From Stegostoma tigrinum (taxonomy: Eukaryota): 64,000 nucleotides of DNA. The notes under the pieces were generated by a model. That model did not search any database. It was not told where the DNA came from and saw only the letters and a list, made by a program, of their open reading frames with translations. A program made the translations under genes and the position numbers. This document shows positions 61,970 through 64,000 of this stretch, in pieces. The stretch's first letter is position 1; the number at the start of each line of letters is the position of its first letter. The stretch spans positions 7,440,001 through 7,504,000 of the forward strand of contig NC_081366.1 of NCBI RefSeq assembly GCF_030684315.1, written 5' to 3'.

Positions 61970-62550
61970 GTACGCTCCAGCCTTTGAAAAATGAAGGCCA
62001 GCACTTCATTGGCTTTCTTGACTACTTTTAGCTTCTGCTTGTGGCATTTTAAAGAACTATGTGCCTTACTATCCATATCTCATTGGAAATCCACTGCATT
62101 TAACGTTGCACCTTGTATAAAAACCATGATCTATCATTTTTTGATCCAAAATAGATAAATTTATACCTGCTTATATGATAATCCATCTGCCACAGCTTTG
62201 CTGATTCACCTAATCAATCAAAATCCTGCTACAGTTTTATGCAGTCAATATTGTCGACAATGCTGCCCAATTTAGTGTGTTAGAAAATTTAGATATTTGA
62301 CTTGTTGTATTATCCAAGTCATTGATGAATATCGTGAATAATTGAGGTCCCAAATCAAATTCCTGCTAGACATCACAAGTCAGATCCTGCCAAATGAATA
62401 CTCATCTATTACTCCAAACTTTGTTTCCTATCTCTCAACCAATGTCAGTAATTCGTCCTCAATTCTGCGGGTTTCTACCTTACCTAACAGTCTGTTGTGT
62501 GGGATTTTATTTAAAAAAACCTTCTGGAAGTGCATTTAAACAGCATACCT
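61970..62550 (-). mobile_element. Old CR1 RT fragment
   Basis: Minus strand CACTTCCAGAAGG...CCCACACAACAGACTG, a remnant of the DFQKAFDKVPH coding region. Confidence 0.6.
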
Positions 62551-64000
62551 TACTTTGACTCAACTTTTCTCTCTCCAAGAACCTTTTTCCGTCTCTCGTC
62601 TTTACTAATGTAGTCGTTCATATTAATCAATCTTCTTCATCAACTAAATGGGACGCCATTTCCAGATATGGGGTCAGTTGTTCTACGATGAAGATACCCA
62701 GTTTCTAGCTCAGTTACAATGCCGCTTTGTCCGAAAAGCGGAATCAAATGAGATTTTTTTTCCTACATGAAACAAAGCTAAGATCAAAGAGGTTCCCGTC
62801 ATAAACACCATCCATCACTGTCGCACCGTGAAGGCAATTGGTGCTAAATTGTGCTTGCAAAAACACGTCCGAAAGAACGCCCGGTACTTTCATCGTGAAC
62901 AGACGTTCGGGTCCCAATAGCGACGAACACTAATTGCGAGTTGCAACGGCATCGGATTTGCGGGGAGTCTATTTACGCCTGCTTGCACAACTTTCTGAAT
63001 GGCTCCGTGGGATCTCTTCCTTCTGGTCACCCAGGGACCTGTGGCTATCAGTCCCAGCCAGCTACAATCAAAATGTCCAATCAACGTTTAACATCTAGTT
63101 TCAATATGCTTCATGGTCGATTCTCTGTCCTTCCATTATTATTAATTCAGCTTAACCGAAGTTCTGCCGTCTGCGAAATAGCAGTACATTGCACCCTATT
63201 ATAACCGCCAGAAAGAATAAAGACGCAAAGAACATGTTTATGGCAAACATTTATTAAAGCTAAAACAACTGCACATCACATACAAAACATCATTTACCAT
63301 ATTTACGTTTCATTTCGTTTGCAGAATGGTGACCTTAAAAGCAATATACAGATTTTTTTTTGCAAAGAAAATGCACGAGTTTAATTCTAGAAAATAAACG
63401 CGTTTTCTGTTGTAATTGACGCGTCGACGCAGGAACTTGCAACTTCTCGTATCGCGGCGTCTGATAGAAACATGGAGAGAATAGTTTATTTCAAGTATTC
63501 ATTTGTAACTTGATGTTGCTTCTTTTAAAACACGATTTTAAGACAGTTCCTAAAGATGAGAATTGGTGAGTTTAACATATTTCTTTTTTCTCCTGGTAAA
63601 ACCATGAAACTGCAAACCTTAAAACCAGTGAATCTCTGACATATCAGTATAACAGTGCAAATTCTTTATTGATATCTCTCAAACACTGCAATAAAATTAA
63701 GACTTAGCATCAGCCCGTTAAAGTGCAGCACGAATGTGCAAAAATAATCATTTCAATCGAGGCCACATAGAAGGCTGATCAGTTCGTCGCATTTCCGAGC
63801 CTGTTTGGGCTATTTTTTTCCCCAAATCATTGTACCATTCAAAACGTCTATGAAGATCATGCTATACTATAATGTTAAAATTCAATAATTTGCTACTTTT
63901 GATGAAAAAAGATGAATGACCATTGGATCACTAAGAACTGAGAGTTCCACAAATGCATGTAACTGTTCTTGGTTCTTTTTAAACATACCTTGGTATGCTT

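Noticed and set aside
43500-64000. Pcdh alpha/gamma-type constant exons or a sixth variable exon
   Set aside because: Looked for PNxDWR-type and lysine-rich terminal peptides, cadherin motifs and an orphan promoter module; none recognised by eye, though short divergent exons could be missed.
1-64000. CRISPR arrays, rRNA or prokaryotic systems
   Set aside because: No regularly spaced direct repeats or operon-like gene density; the sequence is vertebrate.

Overview
Vertebrate genomic DNA, almost certainly from an elasmobranch (shark), judging by the HE1/V-SINE-type tRNA SINEs, DeuSINE-like SINEs, CR1 LINEs and Penelope-like elements. The window is part of a clustered protocadherin (Pcdh) locus. 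It holds five tandem, minus-strand, ~2.4-kb variable-exon-type genes (signal peptide, 6 cadherin repeats, TM, short cytoplasmic tail): A (<1..2259, runs off the window edge), B (9650..12037), C (25246..27608, frameshifted pseudogene), D (29613..31997) and E (40787..43180, open ORF but with damaged conserved residues). All five are preceded by the same rigidly spaced promoter module (GGAGG / GATC / CCAAT / CGCT box / CTTTAAG), which keeps the CGCT box but lacks the usual CTCF core. The four genes whose 3' ends are visible stop shortly after a conserved Y-x-(V/I)CLSP(E/Q)SSK(S/T)DFL(F/Y)LKP motif, and no constant exons were recognised. The intergenic DNA is mostly decayed retroelements, including many Penelope-derived hammerhead ribozyme motifs and two small palindromic twin-hammerhead elements with target-site duplications. 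A strong CTCF motif and CpG-richer unique islands lie 5' of the array. Repeat boundaries are approximate, read by eye.
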